Assembly (NCBI GenBank): GCA_009694025.1
Contig: SHVZ01000006.1
Coordinates: 990-64,989 of the forward strand
Direction: 5' to 3'
Length of the DNA: 64,000 nt
Source: Alphaproteobacteria bacterium
GTDB taxonomy: Bacteria; Pseudomonadota; Alphaproteobacteria; SHVZ01
Shown here: positions 1-11,085 of the stretch, piece after piece
How positions within the stretch are numbered: position 1 is the first letter of the stretch
How the letters are laid out: each line of letters starts with the position of its first letter
Made by a program: the position numbers and the translations under genes
Notes under the pieces: model-generated
Databases searched by the model: none
Told to the model about the DNA's origin: nothing
Seen by the model: only the letters and a program-made list of their open reading frames with translations

Positions 1-118
1 CCGGATCGTAGTACGGGCTGAGATTGTCGAGCCCGAGGACGCGCTCGCCGCGGTCGAGCAGCGCCTGGGCGACGTGGGAGCCGATGAACCCGGCGGCGCC
101 GGTGACGAGAATCGTCAT
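1..118 (-). CDS. NAD-dependent epimerase (UDP-glucuronate 4-epimerase-like), N-terminal part only; runs off the window edge
   Basis: Manual translation from the ATG at 118: [39 protein letters not shown], with GxxGxxG Rossmann motif and DNL..YYD motif. Not in the ORF track. Confidence 0.85.
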   Translation of the reverse strand, partial: MTILVTGAAGFIGSHVAQALLDRGERVLGLDNLSPYYDP

Positions 119-209
119 GGGCCTGGTGTATAGCTGGTCGGCGCGCGCAAATCACCAACGCGCATGAACACTAAGGATTGGCGAGTCTCGGCGTGGTAGG
201 TTCGCGGCC

Positions 210-1787
<1,578 letters not shown>

Positions 1788-1936
1788 CCGGCAGGCCCTC
1801 GGCCAAGCAACGCCGTTGCGTCCTCAAATAAGTCAGAGTTCCTTCCTTTCGTTGCCGCAAGCTCTGATTACTTGGCCGTTTTCGCGTGTTAGCCTCGCCC
1901 TCGACCAAGACGCCATCGCGCGCAGAAAGAGGGAAC

Positions 1937-4900
1937 ATGGCCCTCGCGAAAGTCAGCCTCGACGACAAGTATGAGCTGGATCGCGGCCGGGTTTATCTGA
2001 CGGGTATCCAGGCGCTGGTGCGGCTGCCGATCATGCAGCGCCAGCGCGATGCCTTGGCCGGTCTCAACACCGGCTGCTTCATCTCGGGATATCGCGGATC
2101 TCCGCTCGGCGGTTTCGACCAGCAGCTCTGGCAGGCCAAACGCTTCCTCGGGCGCAACAACATCCGCTTCCAGCCGGGCGTGAACGAGGACATGGCCGCG
2201 ACCGCCATCTGGGGCAGCCAGCAGGTCAACATGTTCAAAGGCGCCACTGTCGATGGCGTCTTCGGCATCTGGTACGGCAAGGGCCCGGGAGTCGACCGGT
2301 CGGGCGACGTCTTCAAACACGCGAACAACGCCGGGACCTCGCCCCATGGCGGCGTGCTGGCGCTCGCCGGCGACGACCACACCTGCAAGTCGTCGACCCT
2401 GGCGCACCAGTCCGAATACGCCTTCATGGACGCCTGTATTCCGGTCCTGCATCCCTCCGGCGTGCAGGAGGTGCTGGACTACGGCCTCTACGGCTGGGCG
2501 ATGAGCCGATACTCCGGCTGCTGGATCGCGATGAAGGCGACCGCCGAGACCATGGACTCGTCCTCCTCGGTCGAGATCGACCCCGAGCGGGTGAAGATCG
2601 AGATCCCGACCGACTTCGAGGTTCCGCAGGGTGGGCTCAACATCCGCTGGCCCGACCCGCCGCTCGATCAGGAGTACCGGCTCCACCGCTACAAGCTCTA
2701 CGCCGCCCTCGCCTTCGCCCGCGCCAACCGCCTCGACCGGGTGGTGCTGGACTCGCCGAAACCGCGCTTTGGCGTCGTCACCACCGGCAAGTCCTACCTC
2801 GACGTCATGCAGGCGCTCGACGACCTCGGCATCGACCGCGCCCATGCCGCCGAGATCGGGCTCCGGGTCTACAAGGTCGGCATGGTCTGGCCGCTCGAGC
2901 GCGAGGGCATCCGCCACTTCGCCGAGGGGCTCGAAGAGATCCTGGTCGTCGAGGAGAAGCGCGCCGTCATCGAGAACCAGATGAAGGAGCAGCTCTACAA
3001 CTGGCGGGAGGACGTGCGCCCGCGCGTCATCGGCAAGTTCGACGAGCAGCGCAACTGGATCCTGCCGTCGGCCGACGAGCTGACCCCGGCCCGCATCGCC
3101 CGCGTGATCGCCGCCCGCATCGCCCGGTTCTATACCTCCGAGCGCATCCAGCAGCGCCTGGCCTTCCTCGAGACCAAGGACGCCGCCCTTTCCCATCCCA
3201 AGACCGACTTCAAGCGCACGCCCTGGTTCTGCTCGGGATGTCCGCACAACACCTCGACCCGCGTGCCTGAGGGCAGCCGCGCCGTCGCCGGCATCGGCTG
3301 CCACTACATGGCCGTGTGGATGGACCGCTCGACCGAGACCTTCACCCAGATGGGCGGCGAAGGCGCGTCGTGGATCGGCCAGGCGCCGTTCACCGAAACC
3401 AAGCACATCTTCGCCAATCTCGGCGACGGCACCTACAATCACTCGGGCATCCTGGCGGTTCGCGCCGCGGTCGCCGCCGGCGTCAACATCACCTATAAGC
3501 TCCTCTACAACGACGCGGTCGCGATGACCGGCGGCCAGGCGGTCGACAACGGCTTCACCGTGCCGCAGATCTCGCGCCAGCTCGCCGCCGAGGGCGTCCG
3601 GCGCGTCGTCGTGGTCGCCGACGATCCCGACAAGTACCCGATCGGCACGGATTTCGCGCCGGGCGTCGTCGTCCATCACCGCGACGACTTGGACCAGGTC
3701 CAGCGCGACCTCCGGGAGGTCCCGGGAGTGACGGCGCTCATCTACGATCAGACCTGCGCTGCCGAGAAGCGCCGTCGCCGCAAGCGCGGCACCCTCCCCG
3801 ATCCCGACCGCCGGGTGATCATCAACGAACTCGTTTGCGAGGGCTGCGGCGACTGCGGGGTTAAGTCCAACTGCGTTTCCGTCGTGCCGGTCGAGACCGC
3901 GTTCGGTCGCAAGCGCGCCATCGACCAGTCCTCATGCAACAAGGACTTCTCCTGCGTCAACGGCTTCTGCCCGAGCTTCGTCTCGGTCGAGGGCGGCAAG
4001 CTGAAGAAGCGGCGCGGCAAGGGCGAGCAGCCCTTCCCGGTCCTGCCGGAGCCGCTGCTACCGGCCCTCGACGAGCCCTTCGGCATCCTGGTGACGGGCA
4101 TCGGCGGCACGGGCGTCGTCACCATCGGAGCGCTGCTCGGCATGGCCGCGCATATCGAGGAGAAGGGCGTCAGCGTCCTCGACATGACCGGCCTCGCCCA
4201 GAAGGGCGGTGCCGTCATCAGCCACATCCGTATCGCCCGGCAACCGGAAGACATCCACGCCGTCCGCATCGCCGCCGGAGGCGCCCGCACCGTCATCGGC
4301 TGCGATCTCGTCGTCACCGGCGGCTACGATGCCGTCGCCAAAGTCGAAGCCGGAAAGACCCGCGTCGTCGTCAACAGCCACGAGACCCTGACCGGAGAAT
4401 TCTCGAAGAAGCCCGACATGGCGTTCCCGACCCGGGCTTTCGCCGACACCTTGGCCGAGGCCGCCGGCCCCGGCGGCGTCGACGCGCTCGACGCCAGCCG
4501 GATCGCCACCGCCCTCCTCGGCGACTCCATCGCCGTCAACCTGTTCCTGCTGGGCTATGCTTGGCAGAAGGGGCTGGTGCCGATCGGCAGCAAGGCGATC
4601 GAGCGGGCGATCGAGCTCAATGCGGTCGCCATCGATTTCAACAAGCAGGCCTTCCTCTGGGGGCGCCGCGCCGCCCACGACCTCGCCCTCGTGCTTCGCG
4701 CCGCCGGCCTCGACCAGGTAGCTGCAGCGGCTGAAACCCTCGATGATGTCATCGCCAAGCGCGCCGCCTTCCTCACAGATTACCAGGACGCCGCCTACGC
4801 ACGGCGCTACGAGGCGCTGGTCCGGCGCGTCGCCGAGGCCGAACGTACGCGCGCGCCCGGCCGCGACGGGCTCGCCCGCGCCGTCGCCCGCTACTATTTC

Positions 4901-5395
4901 AAGCTCCTCGCCTACAAGGACGAGTATGAGGTGGCGCGGCTCTACACCGACGGCAGCTTCGAGGCACAGCTCGCCGAAACCTTCGAGAGCTATGAACGCT
5001 TGCGCTTCCATCTGGCCCCGCCGCTGCTGACCGAGCGCGATGCGGTCACCGGTCACCTCAAGAAGCGGACCTTCGGGCCGTGGATGCGCTCGGCGTTCAA
5101 GGCGCTCGCCCGCCTCAAGGGCCTGCGCGGCACGCGGTGGGACATCTTCGGTCGGACCGAGGAGCGCCGGACGGAGCGCCGGCTCATCGTCGACTACGAA
5201 GCCCGGATCGAGGACCTGATGGCTCGCCTCACCCCCGACCTGCACGGCCTCGCGATCGAGATCGCGAGCCTGCCGGAGAAGATCCGCGGCTACGGTCACG
5301 TGAAGGAGAAGGCGATCGCCGAAGCCAAGGCCCGCGAGGCCGAGCTGTGGGCCCGGCTGATCGAGCCCGAGCCCAAAGCGACCGCCGCGGACTAG
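1937..5395 (+). CDS. Indolepyruvate ferredoxin oxidoreductase family protein (fused alpha/beta)
   Basis: GYRGSPLGG, FCSGCPHN, TPP motif GDGTYNHSG, 4Fe-4S motif [16 protein letters not shown]; RBS GAGGGA before ATG 1937. Confidence 0.93.
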   Translation: MALAKVSLDDKYELDRGRVYLTGIQALVRLPIMQRQRDALAGLNTGCFISGYRGSPLGGFDQQLWQAKRFLGRNNIRFQPGVNEDMAATAIWGSQQVNMFKGATVDGVFGIWYGKGPGVDRSGDVFKHANNAGTSPHGGVLALAGDDHTCKSSTLAHQSEYAFMDACIPVLHPSGVQEVLDYGLYGWAMSRYSGCWIAMKATAETMDSSSSVEIDPERVKIEIPTDFEVPQGGLNIRWPDPPLDQEYRLHRYKLYAALAFARANRLDRVVLDSPKPRFGVVTTGKSYLDVMQALDDLGIDRAHAAEIGLRVYKVGMVWPLEREGIRHFAEGLEEILVVEEKRAVIENQMKEQLYNWREDVRPRVIGKFDEQRNWILPSADELTPARIARVIAARIARFYTSERIQQRLAFLETKDAALSHPKTDFKRTPWFCSGCPHNTSTRVPEGSRAVAGIGCHYMAVWMDRSTETFTQMGGEGASWIGQAPFTETKHIFANLGDGTYNHSGILAVRAAVAAGVNITYKLLYNDAVAMTGGQAVDNGFTVPQISRQLAAEGVRRVVVVADDPDKYPIGTDFAPGVVVHHRDDLDQVQRDLREVPGVTALIYDQTCAAEKRRRRKRGTLPDPDRRVIINELVCEGCGDCGVKSNCVSVVPVETAFGRKRAIDQSSCNKDFSCVNGFCPSFVSVEGGKLKKRRGKGEQPFPVLPEPLLPALDEPFGILVTGIGGTGVVTIGALLGMAAHIEEKGVSVLDMTGLAQKGGAVISHIRIARQPEDIHAVRIAAGGARTVIGCDLVVTGGYDAVAKVEAGKTRVVVNSHETLTGEFSKKPDMAFPTRAFADTLAEAAGPGGVDALDASRIATALLGDSIAVNLFLLGYAWQKGLVPIGSKAIERAIELNAVAIDFNKQAFLWGRRAAHDLALVLRAAGLDQVAAAAETLDDVIAKRAAFLTDYQDAAYARRYEALVRRVAEAERTRAPGRDGLARAVARYYFKLLAYKDEYEVARLYTDGSFEAQLAETFESYERLRFHLAPPLLTERDAVTGHLKKRTFGPWMRSAFKALARLKGLRGTRWDIFGRTEERRTERRLIVDYEARIEDLMARLTPDLHGLAIEIASLPEKIRGYGHVKEKAIAEAKAREAELWARLIEPEPKATAAD

Positions 5396-5399
5396 GAGC

Positions 5400-6523
5400 A
5401 TGACGGGAAAACGCAGCGCGATCTCAGGCTCGACGTCTTCCGGGGCCTCGCCCTCTTCTTCATCTTCGTCGACCATATCCCGGAGAACAAGCTCTCCGCC
5501 TTCACCCTCCAGGCGCTCGGATTCTTCGATGCCGCCGAGGTCTTCATCTTCCTCTCCGGCTATACGGCGGCGCTGGTCTACGGACGCGCGCTCGTCCGCC
5601 ACGGCTTCGTCGTCAGCTCGGCCCAGATCTATCGCCGGGTCTGGCAGCTCTACATCGCGCATCTGTTCCTGTTCATCGTGCTGTCGGCGATCGTCTCCTA
5701 CGTGCTGGAGCGCTTCGGCTCGCCGCTCTACGCCGAGGAGCTGGGCGTCGGCGACTTCCTGAGCGAGCCGCACATCGCGCTGATGCGAGCGCTGACGCTC
5801 GAGTTTCAGCCGACCTTCCTCGACATCCTTCCGCTCTACATCGTGCTGCTCGCCGCCTTTCCGCTGGTCCTGCTCGCCCTCGAACGCAGCCCGTGGCTGG
5901 CGATCGGTCCCTCCCTCTGCCTCTATGCCGCGGTCTATGCCTTCGATCTCCGCTTCCGCGGCTATCCAAACGCGCAGCCCTGGTTCTTCAATCCCCTCGC
6001 CTGGCAACTTCTGTTCGTCATCGGCGCCGCCGCCGGTCATGGCCGGGTGCGCAGGCACTCGCTGGCGGACAAGGGGCGATGGCTGATCGGGCCGGCCCTG
6101 GTGATCTCGGCGATGGCCTTCGCCATCGTGTCGTCATGGACCATGCATCGTTACTTCGCCAGCTTCCCGGCGCTCCTCCAAAAGGAGCTGTGGCCGCTCA
6201 ACAAGACCGATTTGTCGCCGATCCGCCTCGTCAACTTCCTCTCGGTTACGCTGCTTGCTGCTTGGCTGATCCGACCCGAGGCCGCCTGGCTTTCCTCCCC
6301 CTGGATCCGGCCGATCGCCCTTTGTGGAAAGTTCTCCCTACACGTTTTCTGCTTCGGTATTATTCTCTCGCTCATGGGCCATTTCGCGCTGGTCGAGATC
6401 TCTCGCTCGCTCGCCGCACAGCTCGCGGTCACCGCCCTCGGCGCCTTGGCGATGTATGCGCTGGCACGGCTGCTCGCCTGGTATCGCGATTCCGTCGAAA
6501 AACATGCCGGAGCCGGCGCATGA
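5400..6523 (+). CDS. opgC: OpgC-domain membrane acyltransferase; 5' end is frame-disrupted (see findings)
   Basis: The frame from 5417 reads RDLRLDVFRGLALFFIFVDHIP...DAAEVFIFLSG...DILPLY...FNPLAWQLLF...LCGKFSLHVF, which are OpgC motifs. The ATG at 5400 is in a different frame. Confidence 0.8.
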
Positions 6524-7245
6524 AACTCCTCCTGGCGGCCCTCGTCGCGATCACCGCTGCGACCGGTGCGCTTGCCGCCGACGACCGCTGCGCCGTGCCG
6601 GCGGAACTCATGGGCGATCCGCCGCCGCTGCTGCGCGTGCACGCCGCATTGGCGCAGCGCCGCCCGCTGACGGTTGTGGCCGTCGGCGGCGCCTCGACCC
6701 TCGGAACCGCCGCGGGCAGCCCGGAGGCGGCCTTTCCGGCGCGACTCGAAGCCGTGCTCCGCGAGCGCTATCCCGGCATCGAGATCAAGGTCGTCAATGC
6801 CGGCCGCCCGCGCGAGGTGACCCGTACGATGGTCGATCGCCTCACCGCCCACCTTCTCGAAACCAGGCCGCAGCTGGTGATCTGGGAGACCGGAATCATG
6901 GATGCGGTCCAGCGGACCGATCTCGCCGAGTTCGATCACGCGCTGCATTATGGAATCGCGCTCGCCCGCGCCCGCGGCGCCGACGTCATGCTGATGGACT
7001 TCCAGTACGGCCGCGGGGCGAGCGCGGTGATCGATTTCCAACCCTATTTCGAGCGCCTCTACGGCGCCGCGGACATCGACGACGTGCCGGTGTTCCAGCG
7101 CTACGACATGATGCGCCACTGGAGCGAGTCGGGCGTCCTCAACCTCGCGGAGACGCAGCGCGACAAGCTGCAGACCTTAGCCGCCACCCTCTATGACTGC
7201 ATTGGCAAGCGCCTGGCCGACGTGATCGAGCGGGCGGCCCGTTGA
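6520..7245 (+). CDS. Periplasmic SGNH/GDSL hydrolase-fold protein, possibly non-catalytic
   Basis: Signal peptide MKLLLAALVAITAATGALA; block I VAVGGASTLG; ATGA overlap with the opgC stop. Confidence 0.8.
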   Translation: MKLLLAALVAITAATGALAADDRCAVPAELMGDPPPLLRVHAALAQRRPLTVVAVGGASTLGTAAGSPEAAFPARLEAVLRERYPGIEIKVVNAGRPREVTRTMVDRLTAHLLETRPQLVIWETGIMDAVQRTDLAEFDHALHYGIALARARGADVMLMDFQYGRGASAVIDFQPYFERLYGAADIDDVPVFQRYDMMRHWSESGVLNLAETQRDKLQTLAATLYDCIGKRLADVIERAAR

Positions 7246-7958
7246 GACGTCTCCTCGCCCTGCTGCTGACGTTGACGGCGCTGCCGGCCGCGGCGGCGCA
7301 CGAGTGTCAAGCCCCGCAGGAGTACGCATCCCTCGGCGCTCGTCTGCCGCGATACGCCGCGGCCCTTGCGACCGGGCGAGAGACGACGATCGTCGCCCTC
7401 GGCTCATCGTCGACCTTGGGTATCGGCGCGAGCAGCCCACGGCGCGCCTATCCGGCGCGGCTCGCCGTCGAGATGCGCCGACAGCATGGTCTCGCGGTGC
7501 GCGTGCTGAACAAAGGTGTCGGTGGGGAAGTAGCGGGCGACATGCTTCGGCGCCTCGATCGCGACGTACTGGCGCAAAAGCCCGACTTGGTAATCTGGCA
7601 GTTGGGAAGCAATTCCGCCCTTCGCGACGCCGATCCAGGCGAACACGAGCGCGTGCTCCGGGCGGGCCTCGCGCGGCTGCTGCAAACGGGCGCCGATGTC
7701 GTGCTCATGAGTCCGCAGTTCGCGCCGCGCATAATCGAGGCGCCGCACCACCGGGACTATATCCTTCAGCTTGAGCGATTGGCGACGGAGTTCGGGGTGG
7801 GACTGTTCCAACGCTTCGAGATCATGCGATCCTGGCATGATTCCGGCATCGGCTTCGACATCATGCTGTCGGCCGATCGCCTGCACATGAACGACTGGAG
7901 CTACGGTTGCGTCGCCCGGCTCCTGGCCGACCCGATCGCCGCGCGGCTGAAGCAATAG
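7242..7958 (+). CDS. Periplasmic SGNH/GDSL hydrolase
   Basis: Signal peptide; blocks ALGSSST, NKGVGG, QLGSN, DRLH; TTG start overlaps the previous stop. Confidence 0.85.
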   Translation: MRRLLALLLTLTALPAAAAHECQAPQEYASLGARLPRYAAALATGRETTIVALGSSSTLGIGASSPRRAYPARLAVEMRRQHGLAVRVLNKGVGGEVAGDMLRRLDRDVLAQKPDLVIWQLGSNSALRDADPGEHERVLRAGLARLLQTGADVVLMSPQFAPRIIEAPHHRDYILQLERLATEFGVGLFQRFEIMRSWHDSGIGFDIMLSADRLHMNDWSYGCVARLLADPIAARLKQ

Positions 7959-7971
7959 CCCGCATCGCGCT

Positions 7972-8853
7972 TCACACGCACTTGAAGTCCAGGCCGAAAT
8001 CGACCGCAGGTGCACTGTGGGTGAGCCAGCCGGCGGAGACTACGTCGACGCCCGCCGCCGCGACCGCCGCGACCGTCTCCCGGGTGATCCGGCCGGAAGC
8101 CTCGCTGATCGCCCGGCCGCCGATCATCGACACGGCCTCGGCGAGCATCGCCGGCCGCATGTTGTCGAGCAGAACCGCATCCACGCCGGCCGAGAGGGCG
8201 ATCTCGAGCTCCGCCAACGTGTCGACCTCGACCTCGACTTTGACCATGTGCCCGATGGCGCGCCGGGCGCGCTCGACCGCGACGGCGATCCCGCCGGCGG
8301 CGACGATGTGGTTGTCTTTGATCAGGACGCCGTCATCCAGGCCGAAACGGTGGCTGACGCCGCCACCGGCACGGATCGCCATCTTCTCCAGTGCGCGCAG
8401 GCCCGGTGTGGTCTTGCGCGTGCAGGTGATCCGGGCGCGATGGCCGCGGACGGCATCGACGAGGCCCGCCGTCGCGGTCGCGACGCCCGAGAGCTGGCAG
8501 AGGAAGTTGAGGGCCACCCGCTCCGCCGTCAGCACGGCGCGGGCCGATCCGGCCACCGTCGCAACGACCGTGCCGGCGGCGATTGGGCTGCCGTCGCCGT
8601 GGTGGACGGAAACCTCGACCGCCGGGTCGATCAGCCGGAAGGCGGCGAGCACGCAATCGATTCCCGCGACCACGCCCGCCTGGCGCGCGGCGATCGCGCC
8701 CGATGCCCGCGCCGCGGCCGGCACCACGGCGGCGGTGGTGATGTCGCCGGCACGCCCGAGATCCTCGATGAGAGCGGCGCGCACCACCGGCTCGACGAGG
8801 ATCGCCGGCAAGGAGATCGAGGGCTCGTCCGGCGACGCCGGAGCGGCGCTCAT
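7972..8853 (-). CDS. nadC: Nicotinate-nucleotide diphosphorylase (carboxylating)
   Basis: [46 protein letters not shown]; start ATG overlaps the nadA stop. Confidence 0.95.
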   Translation of the reverse strand: MSAAPASPDEPSISLPAILVEPVVRAALIEDLGRAGDITTAAVVPAAARASGAIAARQAGVVAGIDCVLAAFRLIDPAVEVSVHHGDGSPIAAGTVVATVAGSARAVLTAERVALNFLCQLSGVATATAGLVDAVRGHRARITCTRKTTPGLRALEKMAIRAGGGVSHRFGLDDGVLIKDNHIVAAGGIAVAVERARRAIGHMVKVEVEVDTLAELEIALSAGVDAVLLDNMRPAMLAEAVSMIGGRAISEASGRITRETVAAVAAAGVDVVSAGWLTHSAPAVDFGLDFKCV

Positions 8854-9878
8854 CGGGCCTTGATCTCCAGCATGCGCTCGACCGCCCGCCGGGCGGGAGC
8901 GGCGACCGCCGGATCGATCTCGATCGCATGCGCCATCGTCTCCAGCGCCCGGCGGATCTTGGGAAGCGTGATCCGCTTCATGTGCGGACACAGGTTGCAC
9001 GGCCGCACGAACTCGATGTCCGGATAGTGGACCGAGACGTTGTCGCTCATCGAGCATTCGGTGATCAGCACCACCCGCGCCGGCCGCTCGCGCGCGACAT
9101 AGTCGCTCATGCCCTGGGTCGAACCGACGAAGTCGGCCTCGGCCACGACCTCGGGCGGGCATTCCGGGTGCGCCAGGACCACCACGCCCGGATGGCTCCG
9201 GCGCAGCCTCTGGATGTCCTTGGCCTCGAAGCACTCGTGGACCTCGCAGCGGCCGTGCCAGGCGATCACCTTGACCTTGGTCTCGGCGGCGATGTTCTTC
9301 GCCAGATACTCGTCCGGCAGCATGATCACCCGGTCGACGCCGAGCGACTCGATGACGGCGCGGGCATTGCCCGAGGTGCAGCAGATGTCGGACTCGGCCT
9401 TCACCTCGGCCGAGGTGTTGACGTAGGTCACGACCGGGACGCCCGGGTAGCGCTGGCGCAGCAGCCGGACATCGGCGCCGGTGATCGACGCCGCCAGCGA
9501 GCAGCCGGCGTCCGGGTCGGGGATCAGCACCCGTTTCTCCGGGTTCAGCAGCTTCGCCGTCTCGGCCATGAAATGGACCCCGCAGAGCACGATCACGTCG
9601 GCCTCGGTCCGCGCCGCCTCGCGCGCCAACGCCAGGGAGTCGCCGACGATGTCGGCGACGCAATGGAAGATCTCCGGTGTCTGGTAGTTGTGCGCCAGGA
9701 TGACGGCGTTGCGCCGCCGCTTGAGATCGATGATCGCCTCGATGTCCGGCGCGAAGGCCGGCCACTCGACCGAGGGGATGACCCTGCGCACGCGCTCGTA
9801 GAGCGCGGCGGTCGGAGGCATGCCGCCGACCAGCGCAGGCGTTGCGGCGGAGGACGAGGCATGCGGGGCCGGAACCAT
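8850..9878 (-). CDS. nadA: Quinolinate synthase A
   Basis: [34 protein letters not shown]; RBS AGAGG. Confidence 0.96.
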   Translation of the reverse strand: MVPAPHASSSAATPALVGGMPPTAALYERVRRVIPSVEWPAFAPDIEAIIDLKRRRNAVILAHNYQTPEIFHCVADIVGDSLALAREAARTEADVIVLCGVHFMAETAKLLNPEKRVLIPDPDAGCSLAASITGADVRLLRQRYPGVPVVTYVNTSAEVKAESDICCTSGNARAVIESLGVDRVIMLPDEYLAKNIAAETKVKVIAWHGRCEVHECFEAKDIQRLRRSHPGVVVLAHPECPPEVVAEADFVGSTQGMSDYVARERPARVVLITECSMSDNVSVHYPDIEFVRPCNLCPHMKRITLPKIRRALETMAHAIEIDPAVAAPARRAVERMLEIKAR

Positions 9879-9889
9879 GGAAACCTCTC

Positions 9890-9910
9890 TTATACTCATC
9901 TTGAGCATTT
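9890..9910. promoter_or_regulatory. NadQ operator (proximal), TTATACTCATCTTGAGCATTT
   Basis: 21-bp imperfect palindrome ATRCTC-N5-GAGYAT abutting the nadA RBS; regulator gene adjacent. Confidence 0.8.
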
Positions 9911-9948
9911 CTGAGCGAAAAAATACGTCGGGAGCTACCCGACGCCCC

Positions 9949-9969
9949 TTATGCTAATCATGAGTATAA
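9949..9969. promoter_or_regulatory. NadQ operator (distal), TTATGCTAATCATGAGTATAA
   Basis: Second copy of the same palindrome; overlaps the predicted -10 element. Confidence 0.8.
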
Positions 9970-9978
9970 GATTGTCAA
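9951..9978 (-). promoter_or_regulatory. Sigma70 promoter of nadAC
   Basis: TTGACA (9978-9973), 16-nt spacer, TAGCAT (9956-9951) on the minus strand. Confidence 0.65.
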
Positions 9979-10008
9979 GCCCGCCGTCGCCGGCCCCCGC
10001 CGCGCTGT

Positions 10009-10989
10009 CTATTCGCCGCGCACCGCCGGCAGCCGGACCCCCGGGGCCGGACGCTCGAGGATCGCTTCCTGCCGGTAGCGCAGCTCGCGCGCCGGCCGCC
10101 CGCCGGTTCCGGTGACGATGCTTCCGGTCTCCTCGACCAATCCCCGCTGGGAGACGAGGCGGCGGAAGTTCTGCTTGTGCAGGCGGACGCCGGCCAGGGT
10201 TTCGACCGCGCGCTGGAGCTGAAGGAAGGTAAAGGTCGGCGCCATCAGCTCGAAGACCACCGGCCGGTACTTGATCTTGCTGCGGAGGCGGGCGATGGCG
10301 GTCGCGAGGATGCGGCGATGGTCGGCGGCCATGGGCTGGGCCGCGAGCTTCGTCCGGTCGACCGCCAACGCGCCTGCAACCCCTTGGCGCATGGCCTCGG
10401 CGACGAGGCCGATTTCGTAGAGCAGTTCATAGCGGTCGAGGACACGCTCGTCGCTCCAGGCCGCGCCGTCGAGTCCGAAGGCGAGCCTCACCCGCTCGCT
10501 CCGTGCGCCTCGCTCCGCCCCAGCCCGGGCTGCGGTGACCCATCGCCGGAGCCCTCGCTCCAGGCGACCGAGCACCGCCGGTCGCCCCTGGCGCCAGTCC
10601 TCCCAAGGGAAATAGCGATACCAGTCGCGCCACTCCGTCTCGCCCGGCGCCGGGCTCGCGGCGGCCCTGGTCAAGGCGAGGTAGCCGATCGAGAGGACGC
10701 GGCGGGCACCGCCCGGCTCCGCGGCGCGGTCCTGGTCGCCGAAAGTGTAGAGCTGCTCGACATATCCCAGCGACGCACCGGTCTGAGCTTCGACCCAGGC
10801 CCTCAGGCCCGCCTCGAGGGTCCGGTGGCGGAGCTGCAAGGGGCCGGACGGCAGCGCCTCAAGCGGGCCGGTGCCGCCGCGCCGCGGCAACACCAGGACC
10901 TTCGGCTGGTCGTCGCTGACGCCGACGATCACCGCGGTCAGGTCGACGACGACGGCTTGCTCCAGCGCGGACGGCGGCGGTCGTTTCAT
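10009..10989 (-). CDS. nadQ: NAD biosynthesis regulator NadQ (NUDIX-like plus wHTH)
   Basis: LGYVEQLYTFGD, WYRYFPWED, LRSKIKYRPVVFELM, LHKQNFRRL, GGRPA; directly upstream of nadA. Confidence 0.88.
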   Translation of the reverse strand: MKRPPPSALEQAVVVDLTAVIVGVSDDQPKVLVLPRRGGTGPLEALPSGPLQLRHRTLEAGLRAWVEAQTGASLGYVEQLYTFGDQDRAAEPGGARRVLSIGYLALTRAAASPAPGETEWRDWYRYFPWEDWRQGRPAVLGRLERGLRRWVTAARAGAERGARSERVRLAFGLDGAAWSDERVLDRYELLYEIGLVAEAMRQGVAGALAVDRTKLAAQPMAADHRRILATAIARLRSKIKYRPVVFELMAPTFTFLQLQRAVETLAGVRLHKQNFRRLVSQRGLVEETGSIVTGTGGRPARELRYRQEAILERPAPGVRLPAVRGE

Positions 10990-11085
10990 GGAGGGGAGGA
11001 CATGGCTTGAAGGCCAGTGTTAGCGCGTTGCCGGCCGCGCTGTCGACGGCGGGGTGGGCAACGGCGAAGCGCGACGCCCGCCGGT

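Noticed and set aside
5393-5395. Pyrrolysine decoding of the IOR amber codon
   Set aside because: No pyl genes in the window, and other genes here use TAG as a normal stop.
7972-9765. Apparent 597-aa extended NadC
   Set aside because: The extension is an off-frame overlap with nadA; the real start is 8853.
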